Part shown: positions 1-14,795 of the stretch, piece after piece
How the letters are laid out: each line of letters starts with the position of its first letter
How positions within the stretch are numbered: the first letter of the stretch is position 1
Assembly (NCBI RefSeq): GCF_009914755.1
Contig: NC_060937.1
From: the human T2T-CHM13v2.0 reference genome, Homo sapiens
Direction: 5' to 3' (one strand)
Length of the DNA: 64,000 bases
Made by a program: the position numbers and the translations under genes
Notes under the pieces: model-generated
What the model was told of the DNA's origin: nothing
Database searches by the model: none
Seen by the model: the letters and a program-made list of their open reading frames with translations, nothing else

Positions 1-99
1 GATGGTTCACAAAACCCTACGCAGATATTTATTTTGTACCAACAGTGACAATGTAACCTAGAAAATTGAAGTTGTGATGATAGCTCCTTCATTCTTACA

Positions 100-1090
100 T
101 TTTCAGAAGTGGTAGAGTTTATAGCTCCCATAGGTAGGCAGTTCGGAAGCATTGCTCTGACAGTCATTTCTGGATATTATACTATATCACCCAACAATGT
201 TAAACTTAATTTCTTCTATTAAATTTCTTTCTTGTTAAACTATCTAGAGTAGATTTTATCTGTCATGAGACTCACATAACGCAGTAACTTACAGCACCAC
301 TCTGGTGATAGGAATCTGGAATTGATTCCTGGTTGATCTCCATGGCAGTGATTAAATTATTTTCAAATAGAGTGCCAGTAACCTGTACATGCAGATTGCA
401 AATGATTTGCTTAAATTATGATTCACAGTCCCTCTTTGGCAGACTGAATGGATGCTGCCATACCATCACACTGGAAATGAGGAATATAACACCATGAGGA
501 AGAAAGGTTGTTTCACACACTGGTGAGTTTAAAGGGGCAGTAACATGATAGGCTTTAAGTCTTTTTTTTATTAAAAAAAAAAAAAAAGCCATGGTAGAAA
601 GAAAAATATTTCTATGACCACTCTAAAAAAATTCAGAGCCAGATGCTCTGGGTTGAGAAATTACAACATACATAAAATTCACAAAATCTTCTAGTATCTT
701 ATGCACTAATTAGAGTATTCATTGGTAAAGAGTTGGAGACTGATACTGAGAATGATGATATTTGAAATGATTTATTTGATTTAAATGACTCCCAAACTCC
801 CACTCCCATGAAGCCTCACTTGCCCGCAGAGTCATGCCTTGCTTATAGACTCTGAAGGGGTTTTACCTCATGTCCACCTCCAACTGCCTGTCAGTGCTAA
901 CAGGGCCTCTACTAAGGTCAGATTAAGCATGCTGAGTCCCAAAGGATCAGAACATTTACACACTATAAAAAAGATTATAATATTAATACATATATGGCAA
1001 AAAAATAAAAATTGTGGGTAAAAGTAATTTCTGGGAACACTAGACCAAAATAGAGATAACATGGTTTCAGATTGATTGAATTTACTGATA

Positions 1091-1092
<2 letters not shown>
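100..1092 (+). mobile_element. Degenerate ERVL-class element: LTR 3' end (~100-285) followed by gag-like internal sequence
   Basis: LTR-end-like 'attaaatttctttcttgttaaactatctagagtagattt'. Internal segments 'ggtaaagagttggagactgatactgagaatgatgatatttg' and 'gattgaatttactgatatg' resemble recalled HERVL/ERVL gag. No open frame. Confidence 0.55.

Positions 1093-1093
<1 letters not shown>

Positions 1094-1124
<31 letters not shown>
1094..1124. repeat. (AT)n microsatellite
   Basis: Directly visible AT run. Confidence 0.95.
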
Positions 1125-1128
<4 letters not shown>

Positions 1129-1160
1129 TACCAGCCATGTGGTATATATTGTGGTATATA

Positions 1161-1545
1161 TAGTGCTGTCTGGCAAGAATATAATAAGAAACATACATGT
1201 ATTTTAATTTTCTAGTAGCCACATAAAAAGCACGAAGAAGTTAAAATTAATTTTAATATTTCATTTTTTAATATATTTAAAATATTTCAAAATATAATCA
1301 ATATAAAACTATTAATGATATATTTTCCTTTATTTTACTGTTCTTGCAACTCCAGCATGATTTTACATTTATACCCTATCTCAATTTCAGATGCTAGCTT
1401 TTTATCAGAAATACTTGATTTATTTACATATAATAAAACAAATTGAGAAAGTAGATTCAGATCCCCAGGATTTTCCAGATATAATTAAACATTTTTCAGT
1501 AACAGAAAAAAGAACAAAAATAACATTTTACGTCAATATTTGCAT
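1161..1545 (+). mobile_element. hAT-Charlie DNA transposon fragment (MER33/Charlie5-like)
   Basis: 'tagtgctgtc...tttctagtagccacataaaaag...attaatgatatatttt' matches the MER33 left end. It continues with Charlie5-type 'tttatcagaaatacttgatt...gaaagtagattca'. Confidence 0.75.
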
Positions 1546-1631
1546 CTAGATTGAAAAAACTCCTTTTGACATCATCAGGGAAATATGATAGGTAGTTACT
1601 TCAAGAAAACCAGAATAGTCTACTATATATT

Positions 1632-1765
1632 TGAAAGGAAAGAAAGGAGGAAGAATGGAAAGAGGAAAGGAAGGAAGCAATAGAAGAAGAGGGGACAGGA
1701 GAAAGGGAGGGAGGAAGTGAGGAGATGCAAGAATGAAGGAATTAAGGAAAGAAAATAACAAGAGT
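1632..1765 (+). repeat. GA-rich low-complexity tract
   Basis: Nearly pure purine run (GGAA/GAGG-like units). Confidence 0.8.
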
Positions 1766-1899
1766 AACAAAGGGTTTCTGGAAATTAACAATATTATCAA
1801 TATATAGCTAGAAAGAGATAAGAGAAAGAGATAAGTTTCAAGGGCCAGCTATTGATGTGAACAATAAACTGAAAACACATCCTAATATAAAGAGCCAAA

Positions 1900-3200
<1,301 letters not shown>

Positions 3201-6200
3201 TTAATTATATGCTTATAAGAAATTTATTTTATTCTTAGATTCTTCTGTTCTAGAGATCATTTTGAATTAAAAGAAAATCATGTTGTCCTTATTCTAGTTT
3301 TTTCATTTAATGTATATAGTATATTTATTAATCGGTTTTAAAAGTTCTTTATTTCTTCTCTATTTTCTTTTTTTCTTCTCTATTTTCTTTTTTTTCTTTT
3401 TGAGGAAATAGAAGTAAACATGAACATTTGAAATGACTAGCAAAATACCTCTATATATTCTCACAAAGCAAATGCACTTTTAAAAGCTCCCATGTGGGAA
3501 ACTTCTTCTCAAATGAAAGATGGAAAAAAAAATTGGGGTAAGAGGTAACCAAATCACCCAAAATAAAAAAGATTTTTAAGTAGAAAACTAATACTACACA
3601 GCAGAACTTCTCTATATGTTCAAAATCCTAACGTTTTTCTTAAGGAGTTGGGATGGAGTCAACAAGTCCCAAATCAGTCATTCTATATTAAAAAGAGACA
3701 AAAGGGAGAATCTAATGAGCTTAAACTCAGAGCCACAGAGATAATGAGAGCAAGAGACCTTGGTCTGTAAGCAGCAACTCCCTTTGTTTCACATTGAATA
3801 CCCTCATCTAGTTATTAGTTCTTCCTCCAGTAATCTGTCAAACAATGAGGGACTAGAATTTTAAAAGGTGCATTGCCACAGAAAGCAAGCCAGTGCTGAG
3901 CTAGTGAAAAGGTGAGATAATGAGATTGACATTGCTGACACTGGAAATCTGGTAATATAAAGATTAGTTTACAATCAAATTACTCTCATATTCACTTATA
4001 GCCAAATAAGTAAAGAGGCCACCTGTAAAGTATTTTCCCCACGAGCAATGGTATGGAGACTGTTATAATAAACACATGTTTTAGGCAGCAAGGAATTCAG
4101 TGGAAGTTGCTAGACACGTAGGTTGTTCAAAACTAAGCAAGATTCTCCTAAACGAATGATTCATCCATAGTAACAACACTAATGCATTATTGACTTTCAG
4201 TTTATATCTATTTTCATTTTTTCCAATCTGTTGCAGTGCAATAGAAGTGGTGGTTTGTTGTGTTGTTGTTTTAAGATGTTGTTTTAAGTACATAATTTCA
4301 CTCCATTTGTGCCAGGAAAATGCCCAAACACCTTCATTAGAAATAAAGCAAATCTGTTCAACAGTACTCCGAACAGCAGGCACTGTATGCTTTATTGAAC
4401 AGAAAAGCTTTAACAAGCCTTATCGTGTACACATGTTCATTGTGCCTGTGTCTGCTTATGTTCTCAAACTTCCTGAAAATGTGGGTACAACAACAAAGCA
4501 GTGTTTAGCTACCCTACTTAACTTGGCCAGGTGGTTGATTATATGGTTTGGCATATTTTTTGCAGGTGGTATACAAAATCATATGTACGAGCTGTTCAGC
4601 CCACTGAAACAGTTTTTTGTAACATTTTTTTTGCTAAATGACACAGCCCCAGCCACACATAACAACATAAAATGATGCCAGAGTGATATCTTCTCTGGAT
4701 TCATTTAGCTTTGCAAAGAATTCTCTAAGAAAGACATTTTCCTGCTTTCGTTTCTGTTTCATGCTGGGTAATGTTGGCAAGAATTATTCATGGCACATGT
4801 GAGCAATTCAAAGAAATATTGTAAAAAAAAAAAAAAAAAAAACAAGGCAGCTTTGCAGAGGTGCGCTATCTGCTTGATGACTTGGCATGCTGCCTCTGGT
4901 GCTTGGCATAGCACCCTAGCTGCTGGCACAGGGGAAGTTACATATACTTGCCATTGGGCCTCTACTATGCTACCTGCTGTGCACGATCAATATCAACCAA
5001 CTGCATAAACAACCGGATGAACATTGTATCTGAGGGACAGCAAATAGCATTTGAATTATTTTACATAAATCTGAAAATGTAATAGCGGTTGATGTTCCTA
5101 TTAGTATTATATCTGAGCACGATGATCATAATTGAGTAACATTAAATTTAGTTTATTGAACAGCAGTCCACTGCCCGGTTTACTGTGACTACGATCTGTG
5201 TAATGAAACCAGCAGTATGAAAAATTCTCTCAGTTGGTACACTTCCTGGAGAGGAGCCAAAGTATTTATTGCTATTTGTGCAATTAATGGCCGTATCGAT
5301 TTCTTTTTTTTCTAGTAAATAGTAGATAAGTTGTGCTAAGTTTTCTTAGCTCTTCAAGGTTTGTTTCAGCTGTAATTAATGTGACTGTAAGAATAATACT
5401 CAATTGTTCTCAGGAACTGGTTTTCATGTCTGCAGCATTTGCAACTGACACATTACTCTAGTTTGAAATGATTAAATTGATAAGTGACTCTATTGCCAAA
5501 ATAATCCCATATGCTGAAGTGTGATTTATTAATGTTCAAAAATCAGAAGGTAAAACTTCACTAGCCAAAATGCTGTGGTGGTTAATCATCTGTTCTTCCA
5601 GCTAATTCCATAATCCTCAATGTGACAATCAATTCATCATGCTGAAATGGCAAATTCATATGAATCATATTTCCAAGTTCTACAGGCAGTCAATAAAATA
5701 TATTGCACATTTCCCATAAATTATGTGATATAATGTTAATTTATTTTTCACATTAAAAACTCTAACTACCCTATGTGTTTATATATTGTGCTTGTAAAAT
5801 GATGAGCCTCATCCTGGCACATCTAGACAATTACACCATGCACAGGAAAGAAGATGTGAAGCCCTCTGATTTATAAAGAATTCACAGAAATACTGGGAAG
5901 TCCACCTCCTCTAATATGATCAAATGTTCTAATGTCTTCTCCTACTTTGTTCTTATGTCTTACTGATCAGGATTCAAAGATCTTCTTTAGCGTATTTCTC
6001 ATTTGCAGGAGATGGATAAAATAAAGAAAGTCAGTGTTGGCATCATTTTGTGCATTCTTGCTATTGAAGGAATTAGAGTAATCTACATTCCAGTTCATAT
6101 GCTCCTCTTTCTTTTATTTCAGTTCCACACATCACCCTAATTTCATGGTTAGAGTGAATACTCTACAACTCCTTTCTTTCTTTTTAATCTTATTCTCTAA

Positions 6201-6876
6201 AATCTATTTAGTATACACAATAAGAACTAAAATATAGGAATGTATCATTTCCAGGTATCCCAATGGGTCATATGATTCATAATTCTCTAAGGAAAAGATT
6301 ATAGTGGGAAGGGCTTTCTGTCTTTAGTAGATACAATCCCTGATGTTGTCCTATTAAAAGTAGGGCTCTGTAATTTCTAAATATGACGTGGACATAGCAC
6401 AATAAATGTCTAACTTTACTCCATTTTATATGTCATATTAAATGTACTAAATTATGCAGCAGGTCAGAATCCCGAATACTCCCTAAAGGAGAAACTGCCT
6501 GTACATATTTAGGGCTCAGATAGTCAGCACAAATAACACATTTAAGGAAACAGTCTGGATCCTGAGTTTGTTTTCCTCCTGACTTCTGTCTGTTATTTCC
6601 CATAAATCCTTTATGTCAATACTACTTTTTTATGTGGATTTTAGATCTTCTATGGTCCTTCTAAAAATGGCTAATCACTTGATTTCTCTGACTGTAATTC
6701 ATCCTCCACCTCAATGTCCTGGTTGTCCTTAGCTCTGACATGCAATTTTCCTTCATGTGAAGAGACTCTTGAGTCAGTTCCTGCAAGTTACTTTATGAAA
6801 AGAACAATGGAGAACTTGTCATATACAATCTGATTTTGTTGAAAAATTTGTTGTATATATATAAAAAAAAAAAACT

Positions 6877-7178
6877 GGCCGGGCGCGGTGGCGCATGCCT
6901 GTAATCCTAGCACTTTGGGAGGCCAAGGTGTGTGGATCACCTGAGGTCAGGAGATCAAGATCAGCCTGGCTAACATGGAGAAACCCCATCTCCACTAAAA
7001 ATACAAAAATTAGCTGTGCATGGTTGCAGGCGCCTGTAATCCCAGCTACCTGTGAGGCTGAGGCAGGAGAATCGCTTGAACCTGGGGGGCCAGAGGTTGC
7101 AGTGAGCTGAGATCACGCCACTTCACTCCAGTCTGGGTGAAAGAGTAAAACTGTCTCAAACCAAACAAAAAAACAAAA
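6877..7178 (+). mobile_element. AluS (Sx/Sq/Sp-type)
   Basis: ggccgggcgcggtgg start, 'cacctgaggtcaggag', A-rich linker and tail. Confidence 0.93.
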
Positions 7179-7756
7179 TATTATTTTGGAATTATGTGTC
7201 TACCACTGAGAATGAAATTAACAATTTTTTGTAATGACTCATTGATAACACATTGCCATCCAACAAATTGTTCTTTCCTTGAAATGTAATTACTAATATT
7301 TACATATAAGAAATGATATTTCTTCTGGAAAATAAAATTTGTCTTAAAGATGATTTACCAGTAAGGCTAAAAACCACCATATTCAGGGTAAACAATTAAT
7401 TCAGTCAGTTTCTACACTGTATACGAAAGCTGGCAAAAGAAGAGGGTTCAGGGGCAAGAGCCAAGATCTGGCTGACAGAACAGAGCAGTTAGCACTTGCT
7501 GCTTGGGTACCTAGGGATATGGGCACTAACCTCTGTGATGATTATATTTCAGCCAAAGATGCAACATAAGCTGATATATGTTATCACAGACTGAGCCATA
7601 AAAGTCTATGGAACACAAGCTCCTTTTTACAAGAAGGACTAACTCTACAATGTTATATGACTTAACAATATAACAGCTGGAATAGAACCATACTTTTTCA
7701 TTCAGAAATTCTTGCTCTTCCAGCAGCATGAAATTCACCTATTAGGTAACAGGAAG

Positions 7757-7794
7757 TGTGTGTGTGTGTGGTTTGTGTGTTTGTGTGTGTGTGT
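7757..7794. repeat. Imperfect (TG)n microsatellite
   Basis: Visible TG run with interruptions. Confidence 0.9.
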
Positions 7795-8028
7795 AAGGAC
7801 CTTTTCATAAGTGTGATCTCCTATGAACATGGGTGTGCAGATCTGAACTTAGCTCTCCCTTACTCAAAACACTTCAGTGGCTTCCAATTATATTTATCCT
7901 AAACCATTAATACCTGGGATTTCAATCATAGCACAAAGGAGGAGAGAAGTTGAGCTACTTGGGGACAAGGTTGAGTGTTTTACCAGAATTAAATTAAAAT
8001 TCTATTGCAATCTCTAGAGCAACCACTA

Positions 8029-8210
<182 letters not shown>

Positions 8211-8714
8211 TTAACTCAATATAAGGCAGTAAAGTAATCACAGAAGTACAACAAAGACACAAGACAAATTGAAAGCAAATATGAAAATGATAGATGTAAA
8301 TTCCACAATATAAGTAAAGTAAAAAGGTAATGATCATCAAATTGGGTTAAAAAAAATCAAGACTAACTATATGGTGTTTTTGAGAGACATACCATAGATT
8401 CAAAAGCACAAATAAGTTGAAAATAAAAGAATGGCAAAGATATACATATATCTGTCAAAAAATAACCACAGAAGAGCTGGAGTGACTGCATTAAGATATG
8501 AGAGACTTTAAGAAAAGAGACATTACGATAAAGAGTGACAAAAGGGTCCACCAGGTTCATAATGATGAAAGGATAAACTCAGGGGAGGAAAAAAAATGTT
8601 TATGCACCTAACAACAAAGTCCAAAATAGTTGAAGCAAAAACTGGCAGAATTGAAAGTTGAAATAGGAAATCCAACAATCGTCTTCAATAAATTATATTC
8701 CCAACTCTCAATTG

Positions 8715-10160
8715 TTTATTTTTAATTGTTAACTTTTAGTTTAGGTTTGGGGGAACATGTGAAGGTTTGTTACATAGGTAAACATAGGTAGCAGTAGTTT
8801 GTTGTACGTATGATTTCATTACCCTGTATAAAGCCCGCTACCCAATAGTTATCTTTGCTGGTTCTCTCCCTCCTCCCACCCTCTATCCTCAAGTAGGCCC
8901 CCCTGTCTGTTATACTCTCTATCTTCATTAGTTCTTAACATTTAGCTCCCACTTATAAGAAAGAACATGCAGTATTTGGTTTTCTGTTCCTTTGTTAGTT
9001 TGCTAAGGATAAATAACCTCCAGCTCCATCCATGTTCCCACAAAAGACAGGATCTCATTCTTTTATATGGCTGCCTGGTATTCCATGGTATATATGTACC
9101 ACATTTTCTTTATCCAATCATTGATGGACATTTAGGTTAATTCTATATCTTTGCTATTGTAAATAGTGTTTCAATGAACATTCACGTGCAGGTGTGTATA
9201 TGGTAGAACAATTTATATGCCTCTGAGTATATACCCAGTAATGGGATTACCAGGTCCAATGGTAGTTCTGCTTTTAGCTTTTGAGGAATCACCATACTGC
9301 ATTCCACAATGGTTGAACTAACTTACACTCCCACCAACAGTTCCCTTTCTCCTCTACCTCACCAGTATCTGTTATTTTCTGACTTTTTAATTACAGTCAT
9401 TCTAACTAGCATGAGATGGTATCTCATTGCAGTTTTGATTTGCATTTTCCCAATGATCAGTGATATTGAGCCTTTTTTATGATTGTTGTATGAAATATGT
9501 CTTCTTTTGAGAAATATTTGTTTATATCATTTGCCCACTTTTAATGGGGTTATTTGTTTTTCTCTTACAAATTTGTGTAAGTTCCTTATAGACGGTGGAT
9601 ATTAGATCTTTGTCAGATGCATAGTTTGCAAAAATCTTCTGCCATTCTGTACGTTGTCTGTTTACTCTGTTGATAGTTTCTTTTGCTGTGCAGAAGCTCT
9701 TAAGTTTAATTATATTCCACTTGTCATTGTTTTTGGCGTCTTTATCATGAAATCTTTGTCCATTACTATATTAAGGATGGTATTGCCAAGGTTGTCTTCT
9801 AGCATTTTTATAACTTTGAGTTTTACATTTAAATCTTTATTCCATCTTGAGTTAACTTTGTGTATGGTGTTAGGAAGGGGTTCAGCTTCAGTCTTCTGCA
9901 TATGTCTAGCCAGCTAACCCACCACTGTTTATTGAATAGGGAGTCTTTTCTCCATTGCTTGTTTTTGTAAGATGGTCTTAGATGTGCAGCCTTATTTCCG
10001 GGTTTTCTATTCTGTTCCATTAGTCTATGTGCTTGTTTTCATACCAGTACCATGCTGTTTGGGTTACTGTAGCCTTGCAGTATAGTTTGAAGTTGGGTAA
10101 TGTGATGCCTCCAGCTTTGTTCTGTTTGCTTAGAATTGCCTTAGCTACTCAGGTTCTTTT
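8715..10160 (-). mobile_element. 5'-truncated L1PA13-16-type element
   Basis: Reverse 3'UTR 'acatgtgaaggtttgttacataggtaaac' and ORF2 C-terminal fragments (ORF track 9710-10020 '-'). Confidence 0.9.
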
Positions 10161-11279
10161 ATAAACTCAGCTAAAAATCATCAAGAATACAGAAGACTTA
10201 AACAACATTATCAACTAAATTGATAAATTGTAAAAATTAAAATTTTTAACACAATTAATCCAAAGTCTACAGTATTCAAGTTCTTTCAATTGCATATCAA
10301 ATATTCTCCTGGAGGGACACTTATTTTGTGTTTAGCCACAAAATAAGTCTGAATAAATTTTAAAATATTGAAATCATATAAAATATGTTTTCTGACCAGA
10401 ATTAAATTCGAATTCTATAACAGAGACAAGAATCTGAAAAATACTAAATATTTGGAAAATAAAAATTTTTAAAAAATGGCTCAAAGAATAAATTACAAAG
10501 GAAATAGATAAGATTTTGAACTGAATAAAAATTAAAACACACCTTAAAACTTATAAGATGTAGCTAAAGCAGTATCTAGACGTAAAGTTATATCCTGAAA
10601 TCCCTGTATCAGTAAAGAAAAAAAAAACTCTCAAATCAGTAGCCAAGCTCCTGCTTTAAGAAACTAGGAAAAAAGGCAAACTATGTAAAAAGCAAGCAAA
10701 AGCAAGCAGCATAGACATAATGATTGGAGCATAAGTTAATAAAACTGAAAACAGAATCAATAAAGAAATCAATGAAAACAAAAGTTTGTTTTTTTGAAAT
10801 GTTAAACAAAACTGACAAACCTTTAGCGAGTTAGATCAAGAAAATAAGAGACAAGGCACACATTACCAGGGAAAGAATAAAAGAGATAATGTTATTATTA
10901 ATGACCAAACAGATAATAAAGGGATAATAGAGGGACACTATGAACAAATTTTTGGCAACATGTTAGTGTGGTGCCAAAGCTAGTGAGTGATAAAAATAAT
11001 TTAGAAACTGGGAAAATAACTTTGATCTACTCTCCTGAGAACTAGGAATGGTCCACTACCAAGAGAAATAATCTAACCATAAATGCAAAAAACTGGACAA
11101 TGTTTGAGGATCATAATGGAAATTTTAAAACAAAACAAAAACTATATCACAGTGATACATTCTGGGGAAAAAAATAGCTACTAGGAAGAAGCATACTCTA
11201 ACAGAAATAACTTGTACTTCAGCTATTAAAAATCACTCCAATTTTCTTGATTCTCAAAGACTGAAGTAGGTATCTCTTT

Positions 11280-11480
11280 TTTTGTGCTACCGTATCCCTC
11301 TTTCATCATAGTCCCTATTATACTCCGTATTGAAATCACCAGGTGACATATTTATATTTAATACCTGATATCAAAATTTTTGAGGATAGAGACAATGTTT
11401 TCTGCATTGTCATATTCCTATTGCCTAGTACGTGGTTGGGGCTCATCAGATATTATATTTAATTGAAAGACTGAATGAAC
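11280..11480 (+). mobile_element. L2 3' end remnant
   Basis: 'tttgaggatagagacaatg...tgcctagtacgtgg...ctgaatgaa' follows the L2 tail. Confidence 0.55.
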
Positions 11481-12759
11481 AGACATAAGACAGGAATTTT
11501 CATCCAGCTCTCAAATTAACTGGGTGACTGAGAAGTAAGCCGTAAGGAGTAACTCTAGTGTCTTCATGTTGGCCTTCTGTGACGTTCTGTGAAATCAATC
11601 TGGAATGGTATCAAGATGGAATCCAGTTTACCCACCCCCTAGGTTATATCAGTTGTATTCATAAGCTTTGAACGTGAGCTCCTGATCACTCCAGGAGCAG
11701 GCCTGGTGCTCACCAAATCATTACTGCTGTTCTAATGGGCTAGAGCAGGAGCCAAAGTTCTGCCACTTCATAATGCTACCAACCCCCGATCAAAACAGAG
11801 GTGGAGCTACTGCTTCCCAACGAAGGCTGTAATTCAAAAACTTGATAGACCAAGGGTCAGCGCTTCTTCTCCGCAGGCTGACAGCGAGCCTCTTCAGATC
11901 TCTGAGCACTATTTGGAATACAGTGCACAGCAGTGCCACAGCTCCTCCTCCTCCTCCTGGAGCTGATATTTCCTGGTAAACCTGGCTCCAGCCAACTGCT
12001 AGTGTGAGATCCCGCCCTTTGCCTTTGATTATATGACACTGCTTGGGCAAGTCTGTCTGATACTAAGCTTCCACATCATCTAAAAAAGAAGAAACAAAGT
12101 AAAAGTCTGTGATTCTACTTTGATTTCTCCCCAAAATCTGTATTTGTGAGTAAATCATAAGCCAATCCACTGAAATTGCTTGTTCACATCACCTTAATGT
12201 GGTAGAGAGAAGTTAACATAGGCAGACTGGCTAGGCAAAGAGAAGCATTTTATTTATAGTAATGAGGGAAGACTCAGTGGCATAATTTTGAAATTTGAGG
12301 GGCTCCAAGGAATATTGTGCTAATGCTCCTTACCCAACTTTCTGCACCCGGAATTGTCCTTCATGTGCCCTTTGCTTTCTCTACATTCTGAAGAGGAAGT
12401 TGGACTATACAATAATATTTTTTACTGGAGTAACTGTTAATTAATGAGATAAATTTTTCTCTGTGACTAGTGGTCAAAGTCCTATTGACTTACATGCACA
12501 ATGAACGTCATGCCAGGAACTCAAAAATTTTTCAAGAGATCCAACATGTATCAAAAATGATTTGGAAAGTCTTTGTCTAAATATTTTTAAAAATAGATGA
12601 CTAAATGAAATTAAAAATAAGAAAGCTGCTAGACTTTGAATATTTGTATATTTTGTTATAAAAGATATATACATATACACATACACATATATATGGAAAA
12701 AGTTAATGCAGCAGTCTTGTTTTATTCTATTCTTGCCTATAGGTAATCGTGATTACATG

Positions 12760-13240
12760 CAAACTCTGAGAACAAAACAACTTGAATTTTTTTTTGTAGC
12801 TACTGAGTGATGATGTTCTTTCTATACATCCCAAGCGTTCTGTACATCTATGCATCCCAAGTGCATCAAGATGGACCAGGTTGTCAGCATGTTCAGAGTA
12901 AACATGAAGATTTATGATGTGCATCTAATGCCTGGTTTGGGGTCTGCACCATGTTGGAGTCCAAGACTCAAGTGGGCTTTCCTGGGTAAAGACTGCTCCC
13001 ACATAATCTACAATTTGCAGGTGGAGAAAATGATGCATCTATTATGTGATACCCATAAAGTGAAGGCAAGAAAGTCTGTGTTTGTGACCATTCCCCTTTG
13101 CCTATTGCGTGTCTTTTTCCTGTAATCCTTCACTATATGCTTTGCTGCAATAACTGTTAACTATTGTATATAACTTTATGTTTAGTTACATGAGTCCTTC
13201 CAGTGAATTAGTGAGCTTGTGCAGTCATTGCTCTACAAAA
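12760..13240 (+). mobile_element. ERVL-class LTR (MER21/MER68/MER77-like)
   Basis: 'ctcaagtgggctttcctggg' and the 3' block 'tgcaataac...atgagtccttccagtgaatt'. A MER68-like start 'tgtggtagagagaagttaacatag' at ~12198 may belong to it. Confidence 0.55.
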
Positions 13241-13351
13241 TAGCACATTTCATAATAATTTTATGAATTGGTTTATGATAATCAGTGATGTACTTTCAAA
13301 AAAGATATACTTTATAGAATTATAATTTTGCTTCTTTTAATACAATTAAAA

Positions 13352-13600
13352 ACTCATATGAGGTATTTAGTCTAGTCAAATTCATAGAGACAGGAAGTAG
13401 AATAATGATTGCCAGGGACTGGAGGAGGTTGGAATGAGTAGCTGTGTAATGGGTACATAGTTTCAGTTTTGCAAGATGAAAAATATTCTGTGGATGGATG
13501 GTGGTGTTGGTAGCACAACTATGTGACTATACCTAATGCCACTGAACTATACACTTAAAAATGGTGAAAATGGTAAATTTCATATATATTTTCCCATAAC
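13352..13600 (+). mobile_element. L1MB 3'UTR fragment
   Basis: 'gtcaaattcatagagacaggaagtagaat...gccactgaactatacacttaaaaatgg'. Confidence 0.88.
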
Positions 13601-13739
13601 ATTTAATGTAATTTATTAAAACAATAAATAATAATGTTTTACTAGCATAATGTTTAAAATCAGTTGCAATCACTCAGTAAATGTCTTTATATCTTTGTGT
13701 TTCATTTTATTATCAAAGACAGACTAGCTAAGGTCCCAG

Positions 13740-14795
13740 TTATCAACTAATACATCTGAAATTAAAACTTCCCAGGAAGCAGCAAGTCGCCCTTTCCCAT
13801 TCTTACTGTTCCTTTCTATTTTAGGCCTTCATCTTCTTGAGAACAGTCTAACTGCTCAGTATTTCCCATTCCGCTAGAAGGTCTCGGGGACCTGGTTACA
13901 GTCCATGTCCCTTTTTTGTTTAGCTATTCCCACTCTCCAGAGCTAATAAAATATAGTCCAGTCCCCATAATCTAGTCTTGAAGACATTTTATTTTTCCCC
14001 CGAAGTCACTACCTCTCCTACTCTGCAAAATATTGTATTTTGGGTCCTGAACCTTCCACTCCTATCCAAACATACCATTTTCTTTTATACTTCTAGACCA
14101 CTAAATTTCTGTAGAGAATTACACCCCCCAACCCCTTAATAATGTGAGAAGGTAATATTGACAGGGTATATTTATTGTCCTTTAATTGTCACCTCCTCCG
14201 TGATGTCCTCTTCACCTCAGATTCTTCCAGAACTAACACTGATTTGCCCAGTGTCTTCCAAAAGTTCTTGGTCCACCTCTGTTTTATAGTACTATTAGAG
14301 TTGAATAGTTATTTCCATTTTTTTCTTGCCCCTTGTGGAGGGAGAATAATACTTTACTACCACATTAATGTCAGTCTTGGCCATGTTATTTGGTCTCACC
14401 AGTGAAATATAAGTGAAATTGGCATGTGTCCCTTCCAGATAAAAATAATATTAAGAGTCAGAAATATTTCACAGAGAATATTTCTTTTAGCTTGAGTTCC
14501 ATAGTGAATATAATATACAGGAGAATCATAGCCCAACGATGAGCCCAACAATATTAGTTTTTGTAAACCACAGCAATTTGGGAGTCATTTGTTATGACCG
14601 AGATTATCCTTACTAATAAGAGTTCTAACAATGTTCTGTATTATTAATTTGTCTATAGAGCTAGCTCTTCCCACTAAACTATGAGATTAATTGCATTAAA
14701 AATTGCTATTTATCTTTGTTATTTTAATGCCTAGCACTTTGCTCAGTTCAGAGATGTTTAATACATTTTTTGTATGAATGGACAAATAAATGGAA
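13740..14795 (+). mobile_element. Fragmentary L2 interrupted by an MLT1 LTR
   Basis: Pyrimidine-rich L2-like body and tail 'tgcctagcactttgctc...tgtatgaatgg'. Confidence 0.5.
14300..14618 (+). mobile_element. MLT1I/J-type MaLR LTR
   Basis: 'cttggccatgttatttggtc...gaaatataagtgaaatt' and end 'aaccacagcaatttgggagtcatttgtta'. Confidence 0.65.

Noticed and set aside
3345-3400. 20-bp tandem duplication in a T-rich tract
   Set aside because: Ordinary slippage in low-complexity DNA.
4081-4675. Overlapping 161-aa (+) and 111-aa (-) ORFs in unique sequence
   Set aside because: The + ORF starts at a non-ATG codon. Both have low-complexity, T- or A-driven composition, no recognisable domain and no exon structure.
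11790-12050. GC-richer patch with two short ORFs and (CCT)n
   Set aside because: Too few CpGs for an island, no recognisable peptide, and the right end overlaps a MIR-like remnant.
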